Source: Trichosphaerium sp. ATCC 40318 (Eukaryota; Protista; Tubulinea). Taken from it: DNA of 64,000 nucleotides. The first letter of the stretch is position 1. Each line of letters starts with the position of its first letter. Below are positions 40,993-54,797 of this stretch, in pieces. The stretch covers positions 62,001 to 126,000 of the forward strand of contig JALMLS010000065.1 in the NCBI GenBank assembly GCA_038496445.1, in the 5' to 3' direction. Under the pieces are notes generated by a model. The model did not search any database. It saw only the letters and a program-made list of their open reading frames with translations, and was not told the DNA's origin. Position numbers and translations under genes: made by a program.

Positions 40993-43900
40993 TTACATGT
41001 GACTACAGAATGCTACAACAAAAAGCATGCACATGAGAAAACTGGAAGAATTCAATTTAGGAGATGACGAATTTACAGTAGATACACCTGTTGGAGCTAC
41101 CATTGGAGGTGACGTTGTTGGAGATACTGTTGTTGGCGTAATTGTTGGTGATTGAGTTGTTGGCATAACTGTAGTCAATGTAATTGGAAAACTTGGAGCT
41201 TGTGCTTTAGGTGGCGCTGTTGTTGGCGATTGCGTTGTTGGTGTCGCTGGATTTTGTGTAGTTGGCTTTGTTGTTGGAGTTTCAGTAGTTGGAGACTCAG
41301 TTGGAGGCATTGTAGTTGGTGAAAGTGTTGTAGGAGGTAGTGTTGTTGGGGGTAGAGTAGTTGGGGGTAATGTTGTAGGAGGCGATGTAGATGGAGGCAG
41401 CGTTGTTGGAGGCAGAGTAGTTGGAGGCAGCGTAGTAGGTGGCGGTGTCGTTGGAGGCAAAGTTGTTGGTGGTAGAGTAGTTGGAGGCAGCGTTGTTGGA
41501 GGCAGAGTAGTTGGTGAGAGCGTTGTAGGAGGTAGAGTAGTTGGAAGCAGCGTCGTTGGCGGCAGAGTAGTTGGAGGCAGCGTAGTAGGTGGTAATGTAG
41601 TTGGAGGAAGAGTTGTTGGTGACATTGTAGTTGGAGGTGGGGGTGGGTTGTATCTGAATGCTGCGATTGCTTGACCACTCATAACATTTTCGAGATTGAC
41701 AATAGCAAAACTTGTAGTGTTTATAGTCACTAAATCGCCATTTTCGCAAATAGCTACAATAAATTCACTTGATGTTGATGTTAGACCTGATTTATTGGAA
41801 AAAACCAAGTCAGTAAATGTTTACTTGAAAAAAAAAGGATACGTACCACGTATTGTACATCTGCGAATACTCACTTCTGTTGTTTGGTTTAGAGAACAAG
41901 AACCAGAAGAAAAGTTTCTTTTTGAAATTATTGAGTCTCCACCACTAACGTAAAGAACATCATCTATGAGGATAGCTAGAAATAAATAAATTAAACAGAA
42001 GAAAAAAGAAGGAATGAAACTGGAGTAAAGTATTCCAATCGGAGTTCAAATTCCTTGACAGTTACTGATTCGACTTGAAGTCGTTTAAAGGTAAAGTCCC
42101 GGCCCAAGAGAATTCGACACCATGACTTGGTAAGACTTTATACAGCTTTTAATTCAATTCAAAAAAAAAGTGTACCAGAAGATGTTGATGTTGTTTGATC
42201 ACCACAGTGCACTGAAAACAAACAATTTTCAATGTCAACTTCGGAAACTACACGACCAGAACCCTCACCAAAAATCCTACCACTGTCTTTGTCTGTCATC
42301 AATGCAAAAATAACTGGACTAACAGAACAATCTCTGGTAGCCTACACCAATTTGTAAGTTTTTTTTCTGAAGAAAAAAAAAGGCCAAAAAAAACGCCAAC
42401 CACAAAATAAAATCTTACTATTTCACACGTGTAAGGATCAAGTGTGAACATTTTGTAACCCGTAGTGATGTATATGATCTTATCAAAAACAATACTATAT
42501 TCTAACGTTATTGCTTCTTGAGTAATCTCGGGTGGTGAACAAGCTACAAAGAAACTAAGAACCAATTGTTTACAATAAAGTCAAAACCAAATAGTCGTAC
42601 ATCCGATTATGTCGCTTGTGTTTGAAATCAATCTGTAATCGAATCCAGGTAGACCTCTTCTTCCTGTGATCAATGTATCAATCACTCCACCATCTGGTAC
42701 GGGTGTGGGAGGTTGAGTTGCCTCTGTAGGTGGCATTGTAGTCGGAGGAATAGGTGCAATAGTTGTTGATGGATCATAAAACATTGATGCCAATTGCAAG
42801 TTACCAGGTAAACTTGTGGTATAGTCTGAGATTGTGGATGTTGTGAGATCCACAATCTTATAGTCTGGATTTGGATTGGCAAATGCTGATATAATCAGCG
42901 TATTTTCTGAAATGAGCGTAGACGCTAGAAGTTAAAATGTTAATGACGAGAATTTGAGGAAAACAATGAGAAAAAAAGGATAAAAATAGCAAACTTACAG
43001 AATGCGAACAACGCTACACCTGGTATTTCTGAATCCACAGTACAATTTGGTGTAGTAGTAAAATCGGGTAGTACTAGAACATTTGGGAAAGATGCTAATA
43101 CTGTTGTTGTACCAAAAAAGGCAACTGCGAACAAGCGATTAGTATATTTAGAGATGTAACCAAAAACCACTTTTAAAACGGTCTTTGCAAACAATAAAAA
43201 AATTTGTTAAATAGTTTTTGAGTCGAAAATCACTGTAATTTCTTGCAAATGAGTGACTCCATAATTAGCTAAAACAAAGAAGCTGTTTTTTTTTCTACTT
43301 GGTTGAATGTTGGAGAATTGGAAAACGTACGGGCGCGTGTATTTTCTCCAGGCTCGCAGGAATTCTTTAAAACAAGATCACATGAAGAGTAATCTATTTC
43401 CGTGAACAGAGTATCTGAAGTCGAAGGTCGTGTGCTAACGCCGTATAGGATCTCGGAAGTTGGGTGTACTGCTAGTTGGAATATTGGAGCAAGGAAACAA
43501 GTTTCCTACATAAGAGTAAGACTAAAAGAGTACTATTTTTCAAAATTACTTTGATCAGCCGGTTGCAGCCTTAGGTTTACAAGAATTGCAAGTTACTGCC
43601 AAAATACAAAGGTCAAAAGGAAAAACTTTAGGAATACAGCCAGTTGTATGAGGGAGGTGGCGTTACCTTGATGTCACATGTGTATGGGTCCATAACAAGA
43701 AAAGTAGCTGATGATTGGAAGCTCACTGATGCAAAAAGCAAGTTTTTCGATGGTAGATACGTAAGAGAGTTAAGCTTAAGACCATCCAGTAGGCATTCTA
43801 ACAGTAGTATTAGAAGGAAATGTTTTAAATAACTAAACAAACAAGTTTGTACCATGTACGACAACTGAATCGTCAGTAAATAGCCGTATCTCAAAGCCGA

Positions 43901-44006
43901 CTTGTCCGCCGTCAGGCTTCGAAACAATAAATGCATTGTGGTCTTGAGCGATAACAAGAGATACAAAACAAGCTAGTAGAATAAGTGCGGTAAATGAATT
44001 CGACAT
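40993..44006 (-). CDS. Large secreted mucin-like surface protein, probably GPI-anchored
   Basis: MSNSFTALILLACFVSLVIAQ signal; duplicated beta-rich domain (DPYTCD/EI twice); long PTTLP array; hydrophobic C-terminus. Confidence 0.75.
41297..41640 (-). repeat. 15-bp coding minisatellite (PTTLP/PTTLS, about 20 copies)
   Basis: Pentapeptide periodicity with synonymous variation between units. Confidence 0.9.
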
Positions 44007-46000
44007 CTGGTGCACTCAACGGTATGATTGTAAGTAGTGAAAATAAATTTGGAAATTTGGGGTTTTTTGCGACTTTGTTGGACTTTAGTGCAACTATTTA
44101 TTTGACAAATGCAATCGCTGTCTGATATACTTATTTTAACCTACTTAGACAGTTTATATAGATTTTTTTTTTAATGTTTGAACAGAACTTGGATTTAATA
44201 CAAAACGTTCAGTGAATGAAAGTTAATTCCTAAATTAGGACAGTCAAAAGTTGCGTAGTATGCTGGAGTTTTGTCAATACGGGTTAACTATAGTGTACCA
44301 TGTTTCCATCAGTACGCATTCTTTCCAAGTATTTCCGCGAAGAAAGATAATAGGCAACAGTGTCGAATATTGCAAAATGTTCAAATAACTTTTTTTCAAT
44401 TTTACGCGAACATTTTACGTCCTAATCACCCTTGGTGAGATAAACTCAAGAATTGCCCAAAGTGGGAGGGTTTCTTGTTGTGAAGATAATTAGAACTGAT
44501 TAGCCATTGATACGTTGTATGACATAGAAGAGTGAAGTCTTAGGAATTGTTTTGGATTTTGCAAATGTTTTCGTCATCGAAGTAACTGGTTCTTGAACAG
44601 AGGGTTTATGAGAGTGGTACAGTATGGGTGCATTGACTATTTTAGTGTTTGGAAAGACCTAAAATACTTCCAACTCACCGTTTTGTCTACTAGACACAGA
44701 AAACAAGAAAATCGTCCAACAACAAGACTAAGTACTTAGCAACCGTCAATACAAAATGCATCGCCTTGTGTGGATAATACAAAAATACTAGCGGCCGTGT
44801 TGGTGCGCTATGGATAACTTCAAAACGTTGTCTTGTTGCTATCCGTAGCAGTTTTTCACAACACTTAAAACATGCTAAAGAAAAGTTGCCCTTCTACTAA
44901 CAACAGTATCACCCATCCTGAGTATTGCGGCGCTAATACATTACTAAAATAGCTGTATATTTATAGTTATTGTATACTCCAAAAATGGTTACTGCACATA
45001 GAAGCGTGATATTAACAAGCTAACTGTAGTACATATTGATAAAATATGATGATCATAGTCACTCTACGCTATCCTTCTATTTAATACCTCATGTTGACAT
45101 GCTCGCTACTGACAGGCATACCGTTGTATTGAGCATTTTTATAAGGCCCGAGAACTACAAGCCAGCGGTAAATTGTATATGCAGGATTTGACTGTGCTTT
45201 ATAATAAATAATGTAGTTTGAGGTTCCGGTTAGCCGATTTGTTGCTAAGGTCTTAGCATCATTTAACTGCCTACAAATTTTAGTAGCAGGTACCAGGACC
45301 ACGTGTTTAAGGTGTTGGTTCTTTAGTGACTTTCAATTTAGAACCTTGGCATATTCCTGAAGTCTCGACAACGAACTAGTGCAAAGATCCAAACGCTTAT
45401 TATTCATTCAGCACTATCCATGTGTTTGCTTGATCTGACTTTGTTAGTATAGTTCTGTGTTACGACAGCACTTGGTGGAGTGTTTTAACAATGTGAGGTT
45501 TTGTTGGTATTGTACCATGGCAACATGCTTTTTTAAGTTCTACATGCTCTCAATGGCTTTGAAATTCGTTTATGTTGATACAAAGATCCAAAAGGTTCAA
45601 GTTTCCCTTATTGTCCTTAGCTGGCTTTTGCCAGTACCAAAAACTTAAACGGCTAACCGACTATAGCTGTTTACCGACCACCTCTACTATCGACATTGTA
45701 AACGAGATTAAAACTCAATCCAAACCACCTAAACAGGATCAGCAGCCTAACTTGTTGGCACTACGGATAAACGCTAAGCAACGCTTAAAAATGGTCGGTA
45801 TATTCTAAAGGCTCTCATGTAATCCAATCAATACTTGATTTCTAACAAAAAGCCAACGACCACAAAAGAAAAAATCCTCGTGATTGGCTTTGACTATTCA
45901 ACTAAATTCGAATAAAACGTACAACTGGACATAACGAACCTTTGTTCGTTGTCTTGTCGTAGAATAACAAACGATTTGATGCATTAACGCTTTTTAACCA

Positions 46001-49000
46001 ATGAGCTCTACGTCTTTCGATACTTCAGCGTGGGATAGTATATTTGGAGAGGATGATAACGAGTTTGGCAATGGCGCAACCGAAGATGTAAAAAAAACCC
46101 GCCAATTTGTTTTATATAGCTTAATTCTGCCTAGAACCCATCGTGGTTTAACAAGGATTGTATTATCTTTCTCATAGACGCACAACCAGCAATGTTCGAG
46201 GAGAATGACAATGGAGAGGTAGATAATACTTAGAAAACAACTATTACGCCTAAAACAACGCTTTTTTAAAGGTTCCTTTCGAATGCGCGATAAAGTGCGC
46301 TATTTCAACATTAACAGATAAAATAATCTCTTCTGACTCTGATCTTCTTGGTATTGCATTCTACGGCACTGTACGCGTTCAATATGACTTTTAAAACAAA
46401 GAAATACATTTCAACTTATTCAGTTATCTTTGTCACGTGACCTAAAACACATATGACAGCACAATAAACTCATAATTGTTTTAGAGAGAAAAAAGAAATA
46501 CAAATGATTTTGCAAATATTTGGGTCTTTTCTGAGCTTGATGTTCCTGACGCTCAACGTATTCGTGATCTTGAAACGTTACTTACGAGTATGGTTATCTG
46601 TTTTTATCGTTATCATATGTGCTGAGTATTTGGTGACCTCTGTAGGGACTGATTTTAGTGCTACATTTGGACATATGGATGGTTCTTTTCCATTCAGTGA
46701 TGCGCTGTGGACATGTAATACAATGTTTTCGAACGTTACTATTAATGTCGGTCACAAACGTGTATTTTTATTCACTAATGAAGATAATCCTAATAATGCT
46801 GAGTCTCATGTCAGAGCTAATGCAATAAAGAAGGTAAGTAAACAAAAAACAGTAAAACAAAAATTTTCTCTTTTTTTTTCATAAAACGCTTTTGATTTTG
46901 CTTTGGCTTTGTGGAGGCTCTATTGAGTATCCTTTGCTAGTATGTAATGTGATTAATTTCCTAGGCTAAAGATCTTTCCGATATGGGTATTGATATTGAG
47001 CTATTCAGCATGAATAAGGCAGGAGAAGAGTTTGATCCTCAACTTTTTTATCAGGATATTATTGCTATTGATGATGATGAGGATACTGGTCGGTATTCGT
47101 TTAATGCTGCTGCAAAGTTCGAAGAATTAAGGTACTTAATTAAATTAATGAACCTACAGTCATGTGTAGACAGCAGGCAACCACAAGTTGGTTTTTTTTT
47201 GAAAAATATAGCGAAAGCAAGTCGTGGTCAAGAGGTGCAAATTAATGGCACCAGTGCGGTTTAAAACGTCCAAGAAACTCTCATAAAGTATCTCAAAGAA
47301 GAATTTGATGTTACCATCTGTTTTCAATTGAACTTGACCGCACAAGCGCTTGAGTTTCTGCCGGCTTTTTTTGTATTTTTTTTTCTTCACGTTTTAACGG
47401 TTTTCTTCTAGGGATCGTGTTCGGCGCAAGGAATTTAAAAAAAGGTCCCTTGGTCGTATTAGTTTAAGTATAGGCGAGAATATAAAGATTGCTGTACGGT
47501 CTTATAATCTTGTACAAGCAGCGAAAAAGAACTCTCATGTAATGCTTGATTGTCGAGAAACTCAGCCTCTAAAAAAAGAAACAAAATATGTCTGTGCTGA
47601 TACTGGATCTCTCTTGATAAAGTCACAGATTAAATATGCATTCCCTTATGGTGGAGAGAGGGTTGAATTCGAGAAAGAGGAGTTAGACGACATCAAAACA
47701 TTCGAAAAACCTGGTACGTACCATTCTCCTTTTTTTCCGCTTTTTTTTGCGTTGGGGCATGTTGCAATTGCTATACTGAAGTCCATTCGTTTTGGATTAT
47801 CTGAGTTGTATATCGAAGGCCACTAGTGTCAGCATAACTGCCATGGATGGCGCATTTCGTTAGGCGAAATTACACGATGTGTGGGTTCGATTCCCGTCTG
47901 TTGACACTTAATTCGACACCTTCATTTTATATTTTCCGTTAGCCACACGTGTTGTTTGGAAATATTAATTTCGTCTTTTGTAGGTATTAGATTGCTTGGT
48001 TTCAAGCCTGTTGATTCATTAAAGATCTACCATAATATCAAGCACTCCTCATTTTTATACCCAGACGAACAAGTGCGTACCTATGCAATAGAAAGAACAA
48101 ACCCTTGTATCTGGATATAATTCTTTTTTTTTTCTTGTTTCGCCTTCTTTCTTTCTTACCTACCTAGTACATCCAAGGATCTACTGTAGCTTTCACTGCA
48201 TTATGGGAAAAAATGTTAGAGATGGGTAAAATGGCTATTTGTAGGATTGTAGCACGAAGCAACTCTTCACCTGCGATGTGTGCTCTTTTACCTCAAAAAG
48301 AAGAATTTGGCGAAGATGGACATCAAATACAACCTGCTGGATTCAATGTTATTACATTACCTTATAATGATGATATAAGACGTCTTGTGATACCTAATCA
48401 ACCAAAAGCAAATGTTGAACAGATCGTAGCAGCCAAGAAAATCGTAACGAACCTTCGTATTCATTTTGACAGTAGAAACTTTGAAAACCCTTCTTTACAA
48501 AATTATTACGCAAATCTTCAAGCTTTGGCCCTTGATCGTGAAGCAGCTGATGATATAGAAGATTATGTACAACCTGATGTTGAAGGGATGTTAAACTTTT
48601 CAAAAGTACTCAAGTCGTTCAACGAAAAGGTTTTTCCTCCTGGTTATGATCCTGATCCTAAAAAGACACCTGGCAAGAAAACTAAGAATGGATCAGGTGG
48701 TGTGAAACGTAAGCGTGATAGTGACCCTGAAAAATCAGCTAAGAGGGCAAAGACTGCTGCTGAGGTTTTAGAGAGGGTTAAGTCTAGAGATTGGGAAACA
48801 ATGCTTTTGACTGGAGCGATTAAGAAGCTTACTGTGGCTGAGTTACGAGGTACAGTTTTTATTTCAATTTTGAGCAAGCATTTATCGGGCTTTATGGACG
48901 AAACCTTTTTTTTTTCCTTAGTATTGCGATTTAACCATCATAGAACGTATGGATGTCATCAGTCTTCGCTATTTTTTGAAAACTAATGTTCTTTTTTCTT

Positions 49001-49251
49001 TTTTTTCTTGTTTTTTTCTAGTTTCTTTATTCGTTTTTTTTTGTGTTAACTGGCATGTTGTAGCATACATAAAATTCAAGGAGATAAAAGTCAAGCTAAC
49101 AGGTCTTAAGAAAGCTGATATTGCTGCTATTGTTGAAGAACATATACGTAGCTCACAAGTCAAGATGGCATCACAATTTAAAAGTAAAATGCAAAGTCAG
49201 AAGTCTTTTTATGCTGACAGTATGGATACTGATTCAGTTTCTTTCTCGTAA
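46001..49251 (+). CDS. XRCC6: Ku70 NHEJ DNA end-binding protein
   Basis: DCIIFLIDA, FLFTNEDNP, LLGFKP, FLYPDE..IQGSTVAFTAL, FENPSLQNYYANLQALAL; SAP domain KLTVAELR...KKADIAAIV. Confidence 0.95.
47828..47906 (+). tRNA. Non-canonical tRNA-like element (Leu-TAG-like) inside a Ku70 intron
   Basis: GTCAGCA/TGTTGAC acceptor, GGGTTCGATTCCC T-arm/B-box, ATTTC-GTTAGGC-GAAAT anticodon arm, extended variable region; arm geometry atypical. Confidence 0.55.
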
Positions 49252-49622
49252 GCACAAATAAAATACTGATTTTTAAATACATCAAGTACAATACCTGTGA
49301 ACGGTCAGAAAACCAGCCATAATACCATGTGCTCACCCTTTTACATCAGGCTTAGGTAATGTATGAATTACTTAATGAAATTCTATACTTAACCTAACAT
49401 CAACTTCTTGTTATTATGCCTTCATCTGCGCGTAGAATCGTTCAAATTAGTGCATTAAGTAGATAAAAGAACCTTTGAAGGGTACAACGTAAATACAAAC
49501 AAGTTGGAGAGCTACACAATATACAAAGTCACAAAGAAGAATCGTTTTGGAAAAGCTCTTTTTATTGAAAGATGTGAGAAGAATTTTGTTATCCTGGTGT
49601 TGTTTACCAGATATTCTTCGCC

Positions 49623-50947
49623 TTACATCATTGGTGGCATGCACGTGTCTGATATAATGTGACACACATGAGAATTAGGGTCTGAATCGCCTTGTAAACC
49701 AAATGCGGAGTTCCTTTTAGAAAAGATTAATTACTTACTCTGAAAGTATCTTACGTACGAAGGGGAACATTGTCTAAAAGTATCAGGGCATGTAAAATGT
49801 ACTGGTATTTCCTGGAATTCACTGCCTACAAAATTAGTATTTGCACCAATGCAATTGCTTGTCAGTTCTAGCAGTTTTTTCGTTACGCCCCTGTTACACG
49901 CGATTAACAAAACAAACAGATTTTGATGCGAAACTTGAATGTTGACGTACGTTTTAGATGTAATCGGATGCAATGTCCATTCGTAGTTCGTTACAAACAG
50001 AGTTGCTGAAATGTAACCTTTTACACCAAGGATATAGTCCCCTACCAGGTGAAGAAACGCTTCAGTTTGTGTTTCTTGTTCTTTGAAAGCATGCTCGATT
50101 AATCCTTTAAGTAGATTGCGTTGAGTTGTATTTGACTTGATGGTACTGGGTAAGTCGTGTTTCTTCCAGTAGGCATTCACATAGGACCATAGACCGTTCG
50201 TCAAGCCTTGATTAGCATCAGGGTAAGATAGAGCCTGTTCAAATATTAATCAAAAATAAAACAAAACGAAACGGAAAGAATCGAATCAAACTGTTGATCA
50301 CGTGCCTTCGTTGCTATGAAATCTTCCCATGATATCTTACCAATAGAATCCTTTCCATCAGTATTTGTAGAAAGCGATATACCATCATTTATGAGGTCAA
50401 GAGCGAAAGAAACTTCTGGTCCAATTACGGGTAACTTCTCGACCATTTTTAAGAATATTTTGAAAATGAGACTGAGGGGACTGGGAGGTGCTGGGTCTTC
50501 TTCGGCCATGATTGCTTGAAATGCAATCAAGTTTGCTACATCTTGCTTATACGCATCTTCAAAAGGCACCCTAAACGCATCAGTGATGTACAAGCTAACA
50601 AAAAGCGAGCAAAAGAGCAATCTCTGGAAGAAAAAGACTTGAAAATAAATTTTACCACGTGCGGAACGTACATGAAAAAAGTATTGAAAAATGTAACAAT
50701 ATTAAATTCTGCTTCGGCTTGTAGTTCGCTCAATACACGTGCTAATGTATCATTCTTCAGTGCTAGTTCTTTTTCCATCATTGGAGTAACTTTAGGACAG
50801 TGTACAGGCTCAGGATAAAGAGGTTCGACTTTTTTAAGCGGTACTACGAAATGTCAATGGAATGTGGGATTTATTACTTTAACACGTGCCTGAACAATAC
50901 AAAAATGGTATAAAAGCGACAATAAAGAGAAGCGAAGCTTTAAACAT
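49623..50947 (-). CDS. Secreted hypothetical protein, multi-exon
   Basis: MFKASLLFIVAFIPFLYCS signal; exons splice in frame through to ...CMPPMM*. Confidence 0.65.
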
Positions 50948-51704
50948 TATGAGACTTCTAATAGAGTATTACTTTCGGCTCTGTATTTCTTGTAAAGTAA
51001 ATTGTGAAGTAATTACTCGCAAGTACAAATGAATACCTCGTATTAGAAATGTAACTCCAGAGGTGTTAACAAAGCAACTTATACTTGTAACTACTTTAAG
51101 ACGTGTAAAGGTATACGGTTTAGACCCAAGTAAAGCCGTAACCAAAGTTGGAAAAAACGAAGATAAACAGTGGTAAAAATCTGAAGCGTCAAAACTTCAA
51201 AAATCATCACTTTACCAAGGTCGTTTCAACAAACTCTACTAAGTTTAATCTTACACTTCCGGTACACATATACATGGTTACCATTGTGGAAAACGCAGAA
51301 TACCTGTACAAGTAAATATCTTTTTATATGCAACTTGAACAACATAGTTTTATTCTTTATTTTAGCTAACGTTTACCAAACTTTATGTACAACATCTAAT
51401 CCTTAACATACTAAAGCTATACCAAGTTTTTCAACAGCATTTCTTGGAATAGAATTGTCTCCGAGGATTGGTTAGACCTAAGAGATCTCACATGTTTAAA
51501 ACATTCGCCTGAAATCAACTTGTTATATTGCAGCAGCGTGACATGCTCAAGGTTTACCAATGAGAAACAAAAGTATTAAAACCTCTGATTCTCCTTTCTT
51601 GAGCCAGTTTACTTGGTAGTCTCCTTATTTCTTCTGCGAGGCCAAAAGAGCCTGAAAAGCGTTAAGTGAACCCAGAAAATTGTACAGTTTGGGACTACAC
51701 CACG

Positions 51705-52668
51705 ATGTCTAACGAACAGGCACTACGAAGAGAGATAGACAACTTTAAATATATGATAGAAGAGCTAGAAGACTCATTAGGTAATAACACGCTAATTTGT
51801 AAAAAGTCTCTCCCAAAAAGGCGCCTTTAACGTTTGCTTACAGCCTCATCGCGGAAAAAGAACAAAAGCCTGGAATGCGAAGTAAATGCACTGAGATCTC
51901 AGCTAGCAGATCTAATACAGCTAGTAGAGTCCCAGAAACAAAAGGAACGCTCACTGGCAGAAATGATAATGTGTCTGCAGAGAGAAAAAGAGGCAAATAA
52001 CAATTACAATTTTACGATTTTTCAGTTTTTTTTTTTCTGTTTTCTAATAATGGTGTTATTGTACAGGAGCAAAATATGGCAAGAGTTTCACAACAAGAAG
52101 ACCTTATTGCGAACAAAGCAAAACTTGAACAAGAACTGGAAGAATTGAAAAATGCCTTGCAGAAGCAAAAGGAATCTTCTCCTAAAGTATCTGACTCTGC
52201 TAGTGGTATGCTTGTACATGCTACTAAAGACTCAAAGTCCTATTCCGTAACGTACAAAGGTAAGTATTCGTGTCATCATTTTGTTTGTGACTCGTATTAA
52301 GGTGCAAACACAATTGCAGAATTAAAGGACCAAATCTACTTGTCTTGTGGTGTGGAGGTATGGTGGTTTAACTTAACCTTCTTATACCCATCTAACTTAT
52401 TTTAAAGAGCGTTTATAGCTATGAAATTGAGTACTTGCATAATCTATTTGAGGCAAATGTTGTATTGAATAACTTTGATGATTTCATAAAGTATGGAAAG
52501 AACAAGGTACCTGACAAACTAGTCTTTTCTTAGTAGTTTATTTTGACTTTTCAAAACACGTGACCAATATCTTTTAGAAAGGATACTATTCAGCTACAGT
52601 ATCTAGCAAGTAGTTCAATTTGGAGTGGTAAACAGGGTCTTTACATGCGTTTGTACAAGAATAAATGA
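51705..52668 (+). CDS. Coiled-coil protein with a possible C-terminal ubiquitin-like/PB1-like domain
   Basis: Heptad-rich exons, then YSVTYKGANTIAELKDQIYLSCGVE..YEIEY. Confidence 0.55.
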
Positions 52669-53111
52669 ATTCTTGACTTGTTAGATTCACGCGTTCTTGT
52701 TGATCTACAATACCAGATTGGAGGAGAATACGTCTCACTCAGCTTTGATCCCCTGGATCACGTAGCCAGAGACCCTTCCCATTTATTAAATTGGAGTTAT
52801 CTCTTGTACATATACAACAAATTACATAAATCAATTGAAACTCAATCAATCAACACAAAAACTTTTTGAATCGTAATCTGCCATTGTATAGAACTGCTAC
52901 TTGCTGATGTTGTTTTACGATACTACCGTACTTAAACAACTACCTCTCACTTATCAAACGCCAGTAAAATACTTATTTATACTGTCATAATATATTGTAC
53001 TTATAAACCTTTTCAACAAGAATGCGTCTGTGAGCATTTGTTACAGCAAAAAGCCGTAGTGGGATTGAACAAAACGCATACCAAGAAGGTGTTTCAAGAG
53101 TTTATTGTTTA

Positions 53112-54797
53112 TTACAGTGTATCCATCTCAACTTTAGAGTATCTCGAATTAGATTTTACACTTGCAATAGAATCAGCAGGTGGAGAAGTATCAGGCTCAC
53201 CTTTTCCCTTCTTCTTGACCACAATAACAATTACAAATACGACAATCAAAGCTAACACTATCATTACAAATCCGGCAATAGCTGGATAAAGCCATTGTGA
53301 CATTGAAGACCTTGTAGGCGTTGAAGTTGTTTCTGTAGCAGTTTCCTCAGCTTTGAACAAGGATGATTGGATATTAATCACTCTAGTGACTGCCCAAGGG
53401 TTACTCGCATTATCAAATCCACAGATTTCTAATGTTAACATGTATTGCTTGTCTTCAAGCAACGACATATTAGTTGATGCATAGTAGCATAATTCTAGAA
53501 TAGCGAATAAGTTACTAATATAGAGACTCAGTGTTGTGTCGAAAACTTACGAGGCGGCGGACTAGTCGGAGGTTCTGTAGTAGGAACACCAGTAGTTGGA
53601 GCTTCTGTAGTTGTAGGGCTTTCTGTTGTCGCAGATGTGCTCTGAGATGAATCATCTGAGGGTGCCACGGCAGGTGCAGTTGAACATTCGTAGAAAATAA
53701 ACTCCACTGCATCTCCTCCTTCAATCGGAATAGCTGTTGCGTTTACTATAGCAGGTATGCCATCAACAGTGTAGTTCTCAAGTAAAACATCTACAAACAC
53801 AATAAAACTTACATGTTTTTAAGAGCGAAGTGTACCCAAGCCAACGAACAAAATATCATCTGGGCCAAACTCTAGAAAAAGAAACTTTAGTCAGGGATCT
53901 AAACAAAAAGCGCTTTTGTACCAGAGGTTGTCTCAGTAAAAGTTGAATCAGTGCTTGTCTTATAAGACAATTCTACAGGAGCACGAGTAAGTGGTTCTGT
54001 AGGAGATATAGGTGGCGTAGGTTCCGCAGTTGGAGCTATTGTTGGTGCGGCCGGGGCAGTAGGAGCTACAGTTAGCTCTTCAGTTGGTACGGTTGGAGTC
54101 TCTGTTGGCACAACAGGTACAATAGGAGTGATAGGCTCTGTTGGTGGGAGTGTAGTAGGCGGTTGTGTAGTAGGAGCCTCAGTTGTAGGTTGTGCTGTTG
54201 GCGCAACAGTCGGCGGTGGTGTGAGATGAGTTTCAGTTCGTAACAGGGATACTGTGTTACTGGTTCCTGGAGCTTCTCCTGAAACGAAAGTAAGGACTCT
54301 TAAATGCAATAGAAACACCATAAAGAGAAGAAGCAAAAAATAAAACAACAGAATACCTCCAACAAAGATGTATTCATCAAAGTAACTTGACTGGGTAAAT
54401 TTGTCTGGCATATAAGTGTATCTGTCTAATGTCAATTGCCATGTATGTGACGCCAAATCTAGGTAGTAAAGTATATTTGCACTACCTGTCCATCTTGTGA
54501 CATACAAACGATTTGCTACATCAATAATCATCCCTCTGCCAGGTTGCAAATCTTCAGGTGAATTAGGAACTATTGTAAGACTAGTATCACCAATCTACAG
54601 CAGCATTAAAATGATAATCTATCGAAATATCCAACACAAAAAGAAAGTACCTCTGCGTATGTAAGTTTGGTGTCATCGCCTCCAGAAACTGTATAAAATC
54701 TATTTCCAAACGGAATAAATCCTTCTGCCCTCGGATTAGAACCACCATTTGAAGTTATAAGGGCCAACGTGGTCTTGTTAGTTGTCGGATTCCACAC
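53112..54797 (-). CDS. Thr/Pro-rich single-pass membrane protein; 5' end not found
   Basis: PTE/PTA linkers; TM AIAGFVMIVLALIVVFVIVIVV followed by KKK; no in-frame start or signal exon identified upstream of 54797. Confidence 0.6.

Noticed and set aside
41175-41749. Alternative-frame repeat ORFs (LQLLC.., NYSAS..)
   Set aside because: Off-frame readings of the PTTLP minisatellite.
47132-47411. Telomerase RNA or Y RNA in the Ku70 intron
   Set aside because: No CCCTAA-type template, and the stem lacks the bulged C of the Ro-binding site.
47828-47906. Amber suppressor tRNA (CTA loop on the minus strand)
   Set aside because: The T-arm/B-box orientation fixes the element on the plus strand.
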